Source: Octopus vulgaris (lineage: Eukaryota). From it: a DNA stretch of 64,000 bases. The stretch lies in contig OX597831.1 of NCBI GenBank assembly GCA_951406725.2, positions 49,910,001-49,974,000 on the forward strand, written 5' to 3'. Of the stretch, positions 1-12,670 are shown piece by piece. Position 1 is the first letter of the stretch; each line of letters opens with the position of its first letter. The notes below the pieces were generated by a model. That model was not told where the DNA came from and did no database searches. It worked only from the letters and a program-made list of their open reading frames with translations. Position numbers and translations under genes: made by a program.

Positions 1-1451
1 CAAATACTTAGGAATCCATGAACTAGATAAGACACAACACACACAAATGAAAGAGAAAATAAAAAAAGAATATTATAGACGAGTTAGATCAATACTAAAC
101 ACAGAGCTCAATGCTAAAAACAAGATAATAGGTATCAACACTTTAGCTGTCCCAGTTATAAGTTACAGCTACAATATCCTTAACTGGACACGAAATGAAC
201 TGACCAAAATAGACAGGAAAACAAGAAAAATAATGACAGGATCTAGGATGCATCACCCAAAATCTGACATAGAAAGACTATATATACAACGTATAGAAGG
301 TGGTAGAGGCCTTATACAGCTGGAAAACTACTATAAAATAACCACCATAGGACTGCAAAAATATCTACTTCAGAAGGAAGGAAAACTGATCCAGATAGCG
401 GCAAAACACGAGCAAAACAAAAAACTGTTCTCAGTATTTAAGGAAGCTGACAAATACAAACAAGAAATCATACCACCTAATAAACATGAAGAAGAAGAAG
501 AAGAAGATGAAGAAACAACAAAAGCTATAAAAAAAATGAAATTCAAACTAAAAATAGAACAGCAACGAACCATGATAAAACGATGGCAAGAAAAGCCCCT
601 TCATGGTAAATACTGGACTAAACTAAACGCAAAAGAAATAGACAAAGAAAAATCCCAGCAATGGTTGAGAAGCTCAGGACTCAAAGCAGAAACAGAGGGA
701 TTTTTAATTGCAGCACAAGACCAAAGCCTCCCCACCAGAAATTACCAAAAACATGTAATGAAAAGAAATATTACAAGTAACTGCAGAATATGTGGAGATG
801 GACAAGAAACAATAAATCATATTATCTCTAGCTGCCCAGTCCTGGCTAAGAAGGAATATATTCACAGACATGACAGAGTTGGAACTTACATACATTGGAA
901 GCTATGCCAACATTATGGAATAACAACAGAAAAAAGATGGTATAGGCACACACCAGAAAAGGTCACAGAAAACGAGAAAGCAACCATACTCTGGGATATG
1001 CCGATACACACAGATAGAGAAATTAAGGCCAACAGACCAGATATAGTTGTCAGAGACCATGAAGAAAAGAAATGCTTTCTAATTGATGTATCAGTACCGG
1101 CAGATGACAACGTGTCTCTAAAAGAAATGGAGAAACTCTCAAAATACAAAGACCTGGAAATAGAGGTAACTAGAATGTGGAATCTGAAAACAGAAACAAT
1201 TCCTATCATAGTAGGTGCATTAGGCATGATAAAAAAATATTCAGACAAATACATAACAAAAACACCAGGACTTACAAACACATATAACATACAGAAAATT
1301 GCACTACTAGGCACTGCACACATCCTACGCAGAACACTTTCCATACAATAACCATCAGAGCATCACAACAAATCACAGCACATACCCAAGGCACACAGAG
1401 CTGCGCTCGGTAGTGAAGTGAAAGCACGCTATAAAAATAAAAATAAAACAA

Positions 1452-1533
<82 letters not shown>

Positions 1534-1553
1534 GTAATAATAATAATAATAAT
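1..1553 (+). mobile_element. R4/Dong-like LINE family 1, young copy with ~100 bp 3'UTR and (AAT)n tail
   Basis: ORF above; 3'UTR ends ...aaaacaactg then (AAT)n; Dong-type elements are known to target TAA repeats. Confidence 0.9.
2..1351 (+). CDS. C-terminal part (RT motif 7/thumb, CCHC zinc knuckle, restriction-like endonuclease) of an R4/Dong-clade non-LTR retrotransposon ORF; 5' part outside window
   Basis: Frame open from base 2 (KYLG); CRICGDGQETINHIISSC (CCHC), RHD, RPDIVV...LIDVSVP (PD-D), EKLSKY, IIVGALG, QKIALLGT; no stops or frameshifts. Confidence 0.93.
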   Translation, partial: KYLGIHELDKTQHTQMKEKIKKEYYRRVRSILNTELNAKNKIIGINTLAVPVISYSYNILNWTRNELTKIDRKTRKIMTGSRMHHPKSDIERLYIQRIEGGRGLIQLENYYKITTIGLQKYLLQKEGKLIQIAAKHEQNKKLFSVFKEADKYKQEIIPPNKHEEEEEEDEETTKAIKKMKFKLKIEQQRTMIKRWQEKPLHGKYWTKLNAKEIDKEKSQQWLRSSGLKAETEGFLIAAQDQSLPTRNYQKHVMKRNITSNCRICGDGQETINHIISSCPVLAKKEYIHRHDRVGTYIHWKLCQHYGITTEKRWYRHTPEKVTENEKATILWDMPIHTDREIKANRPDIVVRDHEEKKCFLIDVSVPADDNVSLKEMEKLSKYKDLEIEVTRMWNLKTETIPIIVGALGMIKKYSDKYITKTPGLTNTYNIQKIALLGTAHILRRTLSIQ

Positions 1554-1555
1554 TT

Positions 1556-1780
1556 AGACAAATACATAACAAAAACACCAGGACTTACAAACACATATAA
1601 CATATAGAAAATTGCACTACTAGGCACTGCACACATCCTACGCAGAACACTTTCCATACAATAACCATCAGAGCATCACAACAAATCACAGCACATACCC
1701 AAGGCACACAGAGCTGCGCTCGGTAATGAAGTGAAAGCACGCTATAAAAATAAAAATAAAACTACTGAATAATAATAATA
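1556..1780 (+). mobile_element. 5'-truncated tandem copy of Dong-like family 1
   Basis: Near-identical to 1243-1455, inserted in the (AAT)n tail of the first copy. Confidence 0.92.
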
Positions 1781-1783
1781 CAC

Positions 1784-2316
1784 GCCCTGATGCAGTACTA
1801 GGCAATGGCTCTCATGTCTTCTGATCGTAAATAATTGGAAGTGTTATCATGAACATATTTTCTCTTGGTGTAAAACATGGGCTACAACAAATATTCTCCT
1901 AAATACCACAGATTTATTTGTCAGTTGTTTGACCTTAACCAGTTGAGCATGTGCCTTGGTGGCTCTCAGTATGGGATTCCCTGATCAAGAGCAGAAGTAG
2001 TGTGTGAGCCATGTGGTGAGAGGAATTATGTGTGGTTTGAATAATTCACTTCTGGAAACATGGGTGTTTCGTTCAACATCCTTAAACAGCCCTTATTCAG
2101 GGACCTTTGTGCGGGATGGGCTACTCGACTAGAAGAAAATTCTAACTGGATGTCCTATGCTGTTTCTTTTGATATGAAATAACCATGTTGCGCTCATATG
2201 ACTGTGATGCATGTGCTTGGTGTACCCTTATCAGACGAGTAGTCATAATGGGTATATTGGTTTTCGCATATTTGTACTTCGGTGTCACTTTGATAGCATG
2301 CGCTACTCTCTCACTC
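1784..2316. mobile_element. Non-coding ~540 bp interspersed element X, copy 1, in AAT-type repeats
   Basis: Starts gccctgatgcagtac, ends ctctctcactc+(AAT)n; colinear with 2545-3087. Confidence 0.75.
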
Positions 2317-2482
2317 AATCATAATAATAATAATAATAATGATAATGATGATAATGATGATGATGATGGTGGTGATGATGATAGTGGTGATGATGATGGT
2401 GGTGATGATGATGATAATAATAATAATAATAACAACAACAAAAACAACAACAACAACAACAACGACGATACTAATAATAATG

Positions 2483-2534
<52 letters not shown>

Positions 2535-2544
2535 TAATAATAAT

Positions 2545-3087
2545 GCCCTGATGCAGTACCAGACAGTGGCTCTCAGGGCTTCTGATCTTAATTGATTGGA
2601 AGTGTTATCACGTACATTGTTTTGTCTTAGTATAAATGATGGGCTACAGCAAATATTCTGCTCAATACCACAGATTTGCTTGTCAGTTGTTTGACCTTAA
2701 ACAGTGGACCATGTCCCTTATTGGCTGACGATATGTGCATCTCTGATCATGAGCAGAAGTAGTGGGGGAGCATCATAGCCGTGTGTTGAAAGGAATTCTT
2801 GGAGGTTTGGATAATTCACCTTTGGAAACATGGTTTGGTTCGTTCAACATCCTTAAGCAATCCTTATTCAGGGACCTTTTCAGCGGAATGGGGTACTCGA
2901 CCAGAAGAAAATTCTAACTGGGCCCCACTTGCAAGGTCATGCGCTGTTTGTCTTGATATGAGATCAGCATGTCGTGCACATATGGTTGTGATGTGTACCC
3001 TTATCAAACGGGTAGTCATGGTGGGTATCTGTGCTTCGTATATTTTACTCCAGTGTCACTATGATGGTATGCACTGCTCTCTCACTC
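2545..3087. mobile_element. Element X, copy 2
   Basis: Same two termini as copy 1, diverged internally, flanked by AAT repeats. Confidence 0.75.
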
Positions 3088-3369
3088 AATGATAATAATA
3101 ATAATGATGATAATAATAATAACAATAATAATAATGATGTTGATAATAATAATAATAATAATAATGATTTCAAAGTTTGGAACAAGGCTAGCAATTTCGG
3201 GGCAGGAGGTAAGTCAATTACATGGACTCTAGTGCTTGCCTGGTACTTATTTTATCGTCTCCAAAAGAATGAAATTCAAAGATGACCGCGGCGGAATTTG
3301 AACTCAGAATGTGAAGACGGGAAGAAATATTGTTGAGCATTTTGCCCAGCGTGCTAAAGATTATGTCAG

Positions 3370-3460
<91 letters not shown>

Positions 3461-3849
3461 TAAACATCTTAGGTTCGTATTCCCAATTTCTTCATCTGAG
3501 GCAATACATAAAAGAAATGTTTTCTGTTGATTGTATATCAAATATTCATTTTGTTTTCTAGAATAGTATTTAATTTATTTAACTATAAATTATGTTACCG
3601 ACTCCACAGCTGTGAGTTTATTTGTGTATTCTTTACGTTTTACGCTGAATAAATTAAGATCCAAAACCTCTGATGGCTGACTGCATCTTGGATAAACAAA
3701 CAGCAACAACACTTCACAAACAAACTGAAACGGCAAGATCCTCGACTATACCTGATATGATTTAAATAAAGAATTTTTCATTTACTAGTTTCCATTTGTT
3801 TTGTTTTTTTGTTTTGCTTTTCTTTGTTGTTGATTTATTTTTTTATTAA

Positions 3850-4000
3850 GGTAAAACAAATACCTCTAGGCATATCAAACGCGCAATGCAATATAACTTA
3901 CAAATGCAAAGCATCGTATAAATTACTGCCAGATATCGCCGAGGGCTTGTTGATAAAGTATACGAATGTACGTAAGATTGCTCTCTTTTACTCTCTACCA
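3850..4000 (+). pseudogene. Decayed ankyrin-repeat-like coding fragment
   Basis: KQIPLGIS...ASYKLLPDIAEGLLIKYTNV resembles ANK TPLxxA...xxVxLLLxxGAxVN. Confidence 0.45.
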
Positions 4001-4149
4001 CAATATATCTACAATATATATACATTGAAAAAATATGTATATACATTGAAAAAAATATGTATATATATACTTACATGCAAATACATACACATACATGCGT
4101 ATAAATATGTGTGTGTGTGTGTTTGTATGTATACGGATATCCCCATATA

Positions 4150-4400
4150 GACAAATATAAGTGCATGTTTATATGTAAAGGAAGTCTATTTATATTCCTC
4201 AATAAGCTCCTGTTGATTTGGCTAGTATTATATTCCATGCTGAGAGAATTCAAATAAACGATGCTTAGCATGTACTGTTATATTTAGCATTGATTCGTTT
4301 CCATTTGTTTTTTAATCAGTTCATCATTTCATTTGTATTGCTGTACATTGCCATCATTTTAGTTGTTGAACTTCATACGATGGAAATAATACCAATTGAA
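4150..4400 (-). pseudogene. Decayed ankyrin-repeat-like fragment
   Basis: AMYSNTNEMMN*LKNKWKRINAKYN and LRNINRLPLHI. Confidence 0.45.
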
Positions 4401-4562
4401 TTCAACACGCACATAAACCTTTTTTTGTGTACTTGTGTGAATACCTCTACACAAACACACAGAGACACAGACGCACACACACACGCACACACACACATAT
4501 ATATATACATATAAGCATGTATGAATATGTCTCTCTCTCTTTATATATATATATGTATATAT

Positions 4563-5301
4563 AACACATGAAAGACAGAGGATGAAATATACGAGAATTT
4601 ATTATTAATCACAATTGTTTCGACACGTCTATCATCAATTCCTCTTGGGTGGGACACTCAACAACTGGTTCAGGAGCATCCGGTGGTGCAGATGTATCTC
4701 GTCGGGTGATAAATAAATAAATAAAGCTCGTGAAAATGACTGTTCCGCAATATAGCTTTCCGTATCGTAGAGAGAAAAAACAACCAGACGGATGAAATAT
4801 CTTCATTTATATAGATCAAAATTAAAATCACAGATGACAAAAAGAGAGACGAACACGCAACTCAGCGAGAAAAGTATTAAAAATAACCGTTAACAAATAT
4901 GGATGTATAAACACCTTCAAGCAAGTGCATGGCGTGAGTACACTCACTCATACAAGCATCACCCAAAATGTGAGCATATGCACATATGAGGTTTGGTGCA
5001 CTCATGATCACAAAGTGAGTTAGATATTTACTCCATACCTTATTTACATCCATACCTTAAATTAAATTAAGTTAACGGTTACGCAAAATTCATTATCACT
5101 GCATTGTGCGAAAGTACATTTATATACGCGTAGGTATATCGAGAGTCGTTCAGAAATTCTAGTAATTATCTTCTCGCTATTCCACAGAATTGACAGGGAT
5201 TCCTCGGAGCAGAGACGGCATCTCCTGGAAATGATATTGTATGGTTTTGCATACCTTGCTATGGACCAATTAATGCTGTACTTCGTTTTATCCTCCATCA
5301 A
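4563..5301 (-). mobile_element. PLE 3' remnant: GIY-YIG C-terminus plus pseudo-LTR with degenerate hammerhead (4607-4710)
   Basis: WSIARYAKPY..SRRCRLCSEE; minus strand ccgacga-gatacatct...agacgtgtc-gaaac-aatt; ends in (TA)n. Confidence 0.8.
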
Positions 5302-5309
5302 GAAAAAGG

Positions 5310-5495
5310 AAGAGAGAGTGAGAGAAAGTTGTGGCGAAAGAGCACAACAGGGGTCGCCACCACTCCCTGCCGGAGCCTCGTGGAGCTTTTAGGTGTTTTC
5401 GCTCAATAAACACACACAACGCCCGGTCTGGGAATCAAAACCGCGATCTTCGACCGCGTGTCCGCTGCCCTAACCACTGGGCCATTGCGCCTCCA
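5310..5495 (-). mobile_element. SINE family B (tRNA-Arg-like head), 3'-truncated
   Basis: Minus strand ggaggcgcaatggcccagtggttagggc (A box) ... ggttttgattccc (B box). Confidence 0.85.
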
Positions 5496-5596
5496 CACAC
5501 ACACATACACACACACACATATATATGTGACCGCGTGTGTACCGTTGGCGATTTTTTTCCTCCGTCTTCCCTTCTATGGATCTTTCCTTTTCCTAT

Positions 5597-5631
5597 GTTT
5601 CTGACGAAGAGCTCCGCTCGAAACGTTAAAC
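5597..5631 (+). ncRNA. Minimal type I hammerhead ribozyme in PLE pseudo-LTR fragment 5527-5733
   Basis: gttt-CTGACGA-a-gagc-tcc-gctc-GAAAC-GTT-aaac; palindromic stem III aacgtt. Confidence 0.85.
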
Positions 5632-5731
5632 CCTCCTTCTTCCCTTCCTTCCCGAGCGTCCAATAATACTATATTTGTTCCACGTCCTCGCGTTGTTGTA
5701 TTTTCTCTTTGTGTTTTCATGTTTGGATTAA

Positions 5732-5794
<63 letters not shown>

Positions 5795-5810
<16 letters not shown>

Positions 5811-6304
5811 TCTAGTTGTGTGAGTGTCTGTCCCCTTCGATTTAGATTCCTAACTCCTCCCACATTTTGCGGTGCAGTTTAACCAAATTCGGGTATCTTA
5901 TAGTCGGGATTCATATCGAGCCCGTCTGGCTATTAGCGCGCGTCAACGATGAGTCTACGATTTTAAAAATAATTTAACATCATTTTTTATTCCATTTTAA
6001 TGCATAATTTTTCGTGTGTCGATGGCGGCGGAGTTGGCGTCCACGCTCACAGCTGCACCTGTTTGCTTCTCCCCCTTCCCTCCCTCGTGAAGCTGTGGGG
6101 AAGGCAGTGTAAAGAAATCAACGTCGTAATGCGTTGTCAAGGAGACCAGCGTTCTTTTAGAACAACGACTTCATGGCTTGAAGACACCAAAACAGAAATG
6201 GCTAAGAAAGCCCGAATTGGCATCTATAAGGGAAGTAACTCTCTAAAAATGCTTATATAGTTATTTCCCTTACAAACCCGAGCAACGCCGGGCGATACTG
6301 CTAG
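5795..6304 (+). mobile_element. Non-autonomous Helitron
   Basis: 5' tatataaaac in (TA)n; 3' hairpin cccgagcaacgccggg then CTAG|T; no TSD. Confidence 0.8.
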
Positions 6305-6349
6305 TATATATATATACAGACACACACACATGCAAGTATATATGAAGAT

Positions 6350-6560
6350 ATTACAATGAAAATCGTTGCAGTTACTAATACTTGGTCTTATGAAATATTT
6401 TCCTGGCAAGTATAATCATATTTTGCCGCGTTTATAGAATAGCAGACGTTCTGTTGTGTGACTGAGATTTATTTATGAGAAGTGATGTAAAGAAAAGAAG
6501 AAAAGAATTGAAATAAGTTTTGGCTATTATTGGACCAGATTAAGCCCAACATAATATTAC
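6350..6560 (+). pseudogene. Decayed ankyrin-repeat-like fragment
   Basis: KSLQLLIL; YFAAFIE*QTFCCVTEILFMRSDVKKR. Confidence 0.3.
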
Positions 6561-6579
6561 GAACTGTAGCATTATATTA

Positions 6580-6805
6580 TTCTTTTCTACTCTAGGCGCA
6601 AGAACCGAAGATTTTGGAGAGGAGGCGCCAGTCGATTAGATCGTCCGCAAGTACCAGTACGCAACTGGTACTTAATTTATTGACACCCGAAAGGATGAAA
6701 GGCAAAGTCAATATCGGCGAAATCTGAACTCAGAACGTAAAGACAGATGAAACACTGGTAAGCATTTCGCACGGCGTGCTAACGTTACTGCCAACTCGCC
6801 GCCTT
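6580..6805 (-). mobile_element. SINE family A (tRNA-derived head, Deu/Nin-like central domain)
   Basis: Minus strand matches family consensus ggcggcgagctggcag...gagttcaaattcc...gcctttcatcctttcggggtcgataaa..agtaccag; domain assignment from memory. Further degenerate copies at ~3165-3365(-), 7400-7795(+), 12660-13092(-), 17875-18020(+), 39795-39990(+), 42516-42735(+), 56908-57120(+). Confidence 0.85.
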
Positions 6806-6942
6806 CCGACTATATTATTATTATTTTAAGTCATATTTTGATGGACTGTATCCTGTTATCGGTATTTTGCTTGGTACTCCTTATAGAAATTTATTGAGAT
6901 ACTGAATGGTTGTTATGGATATGATCCCTTTTTCGATTTTGA

Positions 6943-7025
<83 letters not shown>

Positions 7026-7053
7026 GCTATCTATCTATCTATCTATCGATCTA

Positions 7054-7152
<99 letters not shown>
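6943..7152. repeat. (GATA)n/(GACA)n microsatellite
   Basis: Direct reading. Confidence 0.97.
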
Positions 7153-7795
7153 GCACGACATTTCTGTGATACACGATCCCTATTGATCGTCTTTTTTTAC
7201 GATCCCTTTTGATCGAAAACCTACCCCACTTCTTTGTTTTTTTCTCCCCCAAAAGAAAAGCTCTACTTTGTAATTTGCCCCCTCTGTGTTCAGCCCTGTG
7301 TGGCTAATAAAGAAGCATATCTCTACGTACCTTCAACTTTTTCTACCAAAGCTGCTTTACAAACGGGAATATTTAAATGCTATTGTTTTGAGCGTATTTC
7401 AAGGCGGCGACCTGGTAGAATTGTTACGCGCTGGGCAAAAAGCTTAGCAGCATTGAGTCCGTCTTTATGTTCTTAAATAAAATACCGGTTATGTGCTGGG
7501 GGTTTCATGTAATCGACTATCCCCTCCCTGAAATATCACACTTTGTGCCTATAGTAGAAAGGATTATTTTGTATGTTTTTCTTAAGGCGGCCAGCTGGCA
7601 AAACCGTCTGCACGCCAGGCAAGAAACTTAACGGCATTTCGTCGGTCTTTGTATTCTGAGTTCAAAATCCACCGAAGTCGAATTTGCCCTTCATCATTTC
7701 AGGGTCGATAAAATGAGTACCTGTTGAGTATTGGTGGTCGATGTAATCGAATGAACATTTCAACCGAAATTGCTGGACTTGTGTCAAAATTTGAA

Positions 7796-7848
<53 letters not shown>

Positions 7849-8761
7849 GTGCGGGACTTTTGGCCAACCTTTTATATATAGGTCTGTGTGTGTATATATG
7901 TATGTATATATGTATATATGTATGTATGCATGTAAGTATGCGTGTCTGAATGCTCGTGTGTGTGTATATGTGTGTGTGTGTATATGTGTGTGTGTATGTG
8001 TGTGTGTGTGTGCGTGTGTGTGTATTAGACAGGGAGAGAGAGGAGAGAGAAAAACTGTAAGAGAATGAAGCAGACGTACACACACACATACATCTACACG
8101 AATACATTTCTTTATGTTTTTATATAACAGTATATAAATTTATGCCAGTCGCTTTCTGCACTGTTTATTTGTATACGAACCTTAAAACTTTTACTCGTGT
8201 ACACATACAGCAATTTTCCAAATCAACGATCCACCATATAATTAACAGTCTTCTCTTGGAACGAAAATGTTGTATATACACAGATGCGCGCGCGCTCACA
8301 CACACACACACACATACACAGACACGCACAAAGACTCTAACGCACTCACTTCTACATATTTGAGAGCTTTGTTTTGTTTCATTCTTAACCAATTCTCTGT
8401 CATTAAGTAAAGTTTCTGGCAACCTTCTAACTGTTTATTAACAAGGCAGTCACTAAAGCGAACGCAATAGAATATTCAAAATGCCATTTGGCTTATTTCT
8501 GATAATTTAGCTTTAAGGAACAGTAGAATATTGTCAAGTAGGACCCAGCATTCAATCTAATAACAATATTTTGATAAAGGAATAAGCAATCATTGAGTGA
8601 AATCTCTTTTCTTCTATTATAATATAGTTAATAGTGTACGGTAGCATTTAGCCAATAAAGGTTTACCACTCCAACGTATCGAAACATCGTAAATGTAGTT
8701 ATTATCTAATTATTCATTATTTCTTCCGTTAATATGGTTTTGTGAAAATGGTGTGGTGTAA

Positions 8762-9163
8762 AAGCGGTGGGCTAGCAGAAACGTTAGCACGCCGGGCGAA
8801 ATGCGTAGCCGTATTTCGTCTGCCGTTACGTTCTGAGTACAAATTCCGTCGAGGTCGACTTTGCCTTTCATCCTTTCGGGGTCGATAAATCAAGTACCAG
8901 TTACGCACTGGGGTCGATGTAATCGACTTATTTAATCCGTTTGTCTGTCCTTGTTTGTTCCCTCTGTGTGTAGCCCCTTGTGGATAGTAAAGAAATAGGT
9001 ATTTCGTCTGTCTTTACGTTCTGAGTTCAAATTCCACCGAGGTCGACTTTGCCTTACATTCTTTCGCGGTCGATAAATTAAGTACCAGTTGCATACTGGG
9101 GTCGTTCTAATCGAGTGGCACCCTCCACAAACATTTCGGGCTTTGTACTTCGAGTAGAAAGGA
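8762..9163 (+). mobile_element. SINE family A, dimeric (head-body-tailA-body-tailB)
   Basis: Body repeated at ~8815-8930 and ~9000-9115. Confidence 0.9.
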
Positions 9164-9847
9164 ATATGGCGCGGTTTACTGTTTGACGCTTGACTATAAA
9201 GTAGTTGGTTCAATTCGTGCACGAGGCGGTGTGTTGAGCTCTTTAGCAGCGCACTCCATTCCACGTTCAACCTGTTTATTTAGATTAATTCGCATCAACC
9301 GGCTGCTGGTGCAGCTCTATCGTTCAACTTCAAATTATCACATCGTTTATATTCTGCTGGGTGAGGTATGACTGACACCTGTTCGCGACTATATAGGCAA
9401 CGAAAACAATTAGAAAAAGTATAGGAGTGACTGTGAGGTAAGAAGCTTGTTACCCACTCACATGGCTTCGGATTCAGTGTCACTGCGTAGCACCTTGAGC
9501 AAGTGTCTTCTAGCATAGCCTCGGGCTGACCCGAAATTTTTGCGTGAATTTGATAGACAAAAACTGAAAACCCTCGTCGTATATATATGTGTTCCTCTCT
9601 CTACACTACACCATACGACTTTACACATCACATCATATATACATACACACGTCCAGACCTCTCATACACACACACACTCTTATGTTGGGGCGAGGTAATT
9701 TAACCCTGTTATCTCCCCTGATTTCGCTCTTGCGTCTCACGTTTGATCTTTGACTTCTGGCCGAAATCAGATCGCCATGTTGATTCGCTAGCCTCTGCAC
9801 GCATTTTTTTTCTCTCCTTGTTTCTTTCTGTGTTTGTTTTCTGTGGA

Positions 9848-9885
9848 TCTTTCTGTTGAGGAGCGTAGGCTCGAAACGTAAAAGA
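9848..9885 (+). ncRNA. Minimal hammerhead-like motif with U6 core in pseudo-LTR fragment ~9600-9985
   Basis: tcttt-CTGTTGA-g-gagc-gtag-gctc-GAAAC-GTA-aaaga. Confidence 0.7.
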
Positions 9886-9999
9886 CTTGTTTTATTTATA
9901 TTCCTGAGCGCCATACTAATACAATTGTTTGTTTGTATTCCACCTGCCTTCGTCTTTTGTTTATTTTCATAAAGCTTCCCGTTATATATATAATATATA

Positions 10000-10165
10000 T
10001 ATATAATATAATTCGAGACAAAACCACTATTTTAAAACCAAACAAGGAAAGACTTAATCAATACATAAAATTTTAATATAAATTTATATTAAAATTTTAT
10101 GTATTGATTAAGTCTTTCCTTGTTTGGTTTTAAAATAGTGGTTTTGTCTCGAATTATATTATATA
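10000..10165. repeat. Perfect 166 bp loopless palindrome (probable inverted PLE terminus)
   Basis: Arms checked base by base, centre 10082/10083, embedded in (TA)n. Confidence 0.95.
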
Positions 10166-10261
10166 ATATTTTACTATAAAATTGGATTTAACCCTAAATC
10201 TGATTTTTCCCTGTAATTTTGGATTCATTCCCTAATATTTATTATTATATATATATATATA

Positions 10262-12049
10262 TACTACACTATGGATCCGCACAATCCAGGCTTTGCTTGG
10301 AAACAGCGCTATATCTTCAAATTACAGACTACTCTCCCGCACGGAGTTAACACAACCCCCTCCTCTTAGTGACTGCCTCTACACCTCCCGTACCAAGCAA
10401 CTTTATTTCTTTACTCCTTTTTCATTTCTTACTTGTAATTGCGTCTTTTATATTGGATTTTATATATTTTATTGTTTTTATATTTTTTTGTTTTTTATTG
10501 TTTATAATTCATTGCTTTTATAAATTATTGTTTTTATTTCTAGAAACATGAACACTTACACACACATACTTACATATCCACGACCACACATAAGCTCCCA
10601 CACATAAGCTCCCACACACCACACACATACAACATACATACATACACATATATACACACGCATAATTTCCCACGAACGCACATATACTTCCCACACATCC
10701 ACATACACCGACGCGCACACATACATATTCGCGTACACACACACACGTACACACACATACACACACACACATACACTCGCACAGGAATGCACAGATACCT
10801 ATCCCACACAACCCTACGCGCACACAGACACACATACCTTTAGACACACACACATATAAACGTACACACAACCACATACACGCATGTACTTAAGCACACG
10901 CGCGTACACACAACAAAATGCACACATGAGACACATCTCCACGTTCACGCACACATATACACACGCACGCATATACACACATGTACACACGCACATAAAC
11001 ATACACGCACATATACACACGTACATACATACGCACATAACACACGCACACACACATATACACACGTACATACACATACATACTAGCACAGGTTCGCACA
11101 TATACCTCCAACAAACAATACACATACAGACACGCACACAATTATATGCACATGGGCACAAACACACACGCACATACACGCACACATGCACGTAAGCACA
11201 CACACTCAAGCACACGCACACACTTGCACACAGGTACGCACATTACACCTACACAAACCCCACAAACCCCCAACACACACCGCACACACGCATGCACAAA
11301 TTCACATACCTGAACATATACATACACACAGTATATGCATACACGCGCACACATACATACACATACGTATACACATTTAGACACAGACACACACACATGC
11401 GCACGCAAAAATGCACACACATACACACGCACACACGCACACGAACACATACATACATACATACATACATACACACACACACTGCAAACAAAACACACAC
11501 ACACAATTCATATACATACACGCACACACACATACTTCAAACTACCAGTACCTTCCACTGACCATTCTTCTACGCACACGGGTAGGTAGACACAAGAGCC
11601 ACTCATACAATCATTCTTCCTATGATCTTAAACGATACTAAGCCCAACCACACACATAGATTAACAGCTACAACCACACACACACATACATACACACAGA
11701 CACGCGTGCTATCATTACACACACACATACGCACACAGAGACCTGCGCACACGCACATATCCACACATACACACACATACATCCTTCTCTTGCACTCTCC
11801 TGTCTTTGAAAGAACTTTTTCTTCACCCATTGCCTTCCGGTCATTCAAAATGTGACCGCGTGTGTATCGTTGGCAATTTTTCCCCTCCGTCTTACCTTCC
11901 TTGGACCTTTCCTTTTTCTATGTTTCTGACGAAGCGCTCCGCTCGAAACGTTAAATCCTCCTTTCTTCCTTTCCTCAGCGCCCAATAAAACTATACTTGT
12001 TCCACGTCCTCGCGTTGTGGTGTTTTCTCTTTGTTTTCATGTTTGGATT

Positions 12050-12052
<3 letters not shown>
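10262..12052 (+). mobile_element. PLE 3' end (Neptune-like endonuclease tail), long CA-rich UTR, hammerhead at 11922-11956
   Basis: WKQRYIFKLQTTLPHGVN matches PLE EN C-terminal ExxxIxxLxTxxPxGxN; gttt-CTGACGA-a-gcgc-tcc-gctc-GAAAC-GTT-aaat; last ~200 bp homologous to 5527-5733. Confidence 0.75.
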
Positions 12053-12097
<45 letters not shown>

Positions 12098-12554
12098 TTG
12101 TGTGTGTCTGTCTGTCTGTGTATGTGTGTGTGTATTTGTGTATTTGTGTACGTGTATGTATTTGTGTGTCTCTGTTAGTCCCTCCACCATCGCTTGACAA
12201 CCGATGTTGCTGTGTTTACGTCCCCGTAACTTAGCTGCTCGGCAAAGAGACTGGTAGAATAAGTACTAGAATTACAAAGAATAAGTCGTGGAGTCGATGT
12301 TTTAGATTAAAAAGGCGGTGCTCCAGCATGGCCGCAGTCAATTGACCGAAAGAAATAAAAGAATTACTAAGTCATAATCGTCCACAACAGGAGGGGGAAT
12401 ATGCTGTGATGTGTTCTTATTCTTTTCTCTTCATTTTATGTGACGAACTGGCAGAGTCGCTAGAACTTCGGATATAATGTCTTGTGATATTTAATTCGAT
12501 TCTGCACGGTCTGCGTTGAGAGATTAACTTTTTCAGCTCTCTCTATATCTTACA

Positions 12555-12670
12555 GAATCAGCTGCAAGGAGGCCCTTGTAGATCACTCAAAATGATTCAT
12601 GGTCCAGAAATACAGCTTTGAGTGGGCCGAGCGGCGTGTAAGAACGTTTCACATATTAATATTGCTTTGA
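12555..12670 (+). pseudogene. Decayed ankyrin-repeat-like fragment
   Basis: After acceptor-like tcttacag: EALVDH / DSWSRNTAL / EWAERR..HILILL (frameshifted). Confidence 0.4.

Noticed and set aside
10518-11855. Many overlapping His/Thr or Cys/Val ORFs (also YI, NNN and III ORFs elsewhere)
   Set aside because: Translations of (CA)n, (TA)n and (AAT)n tracts
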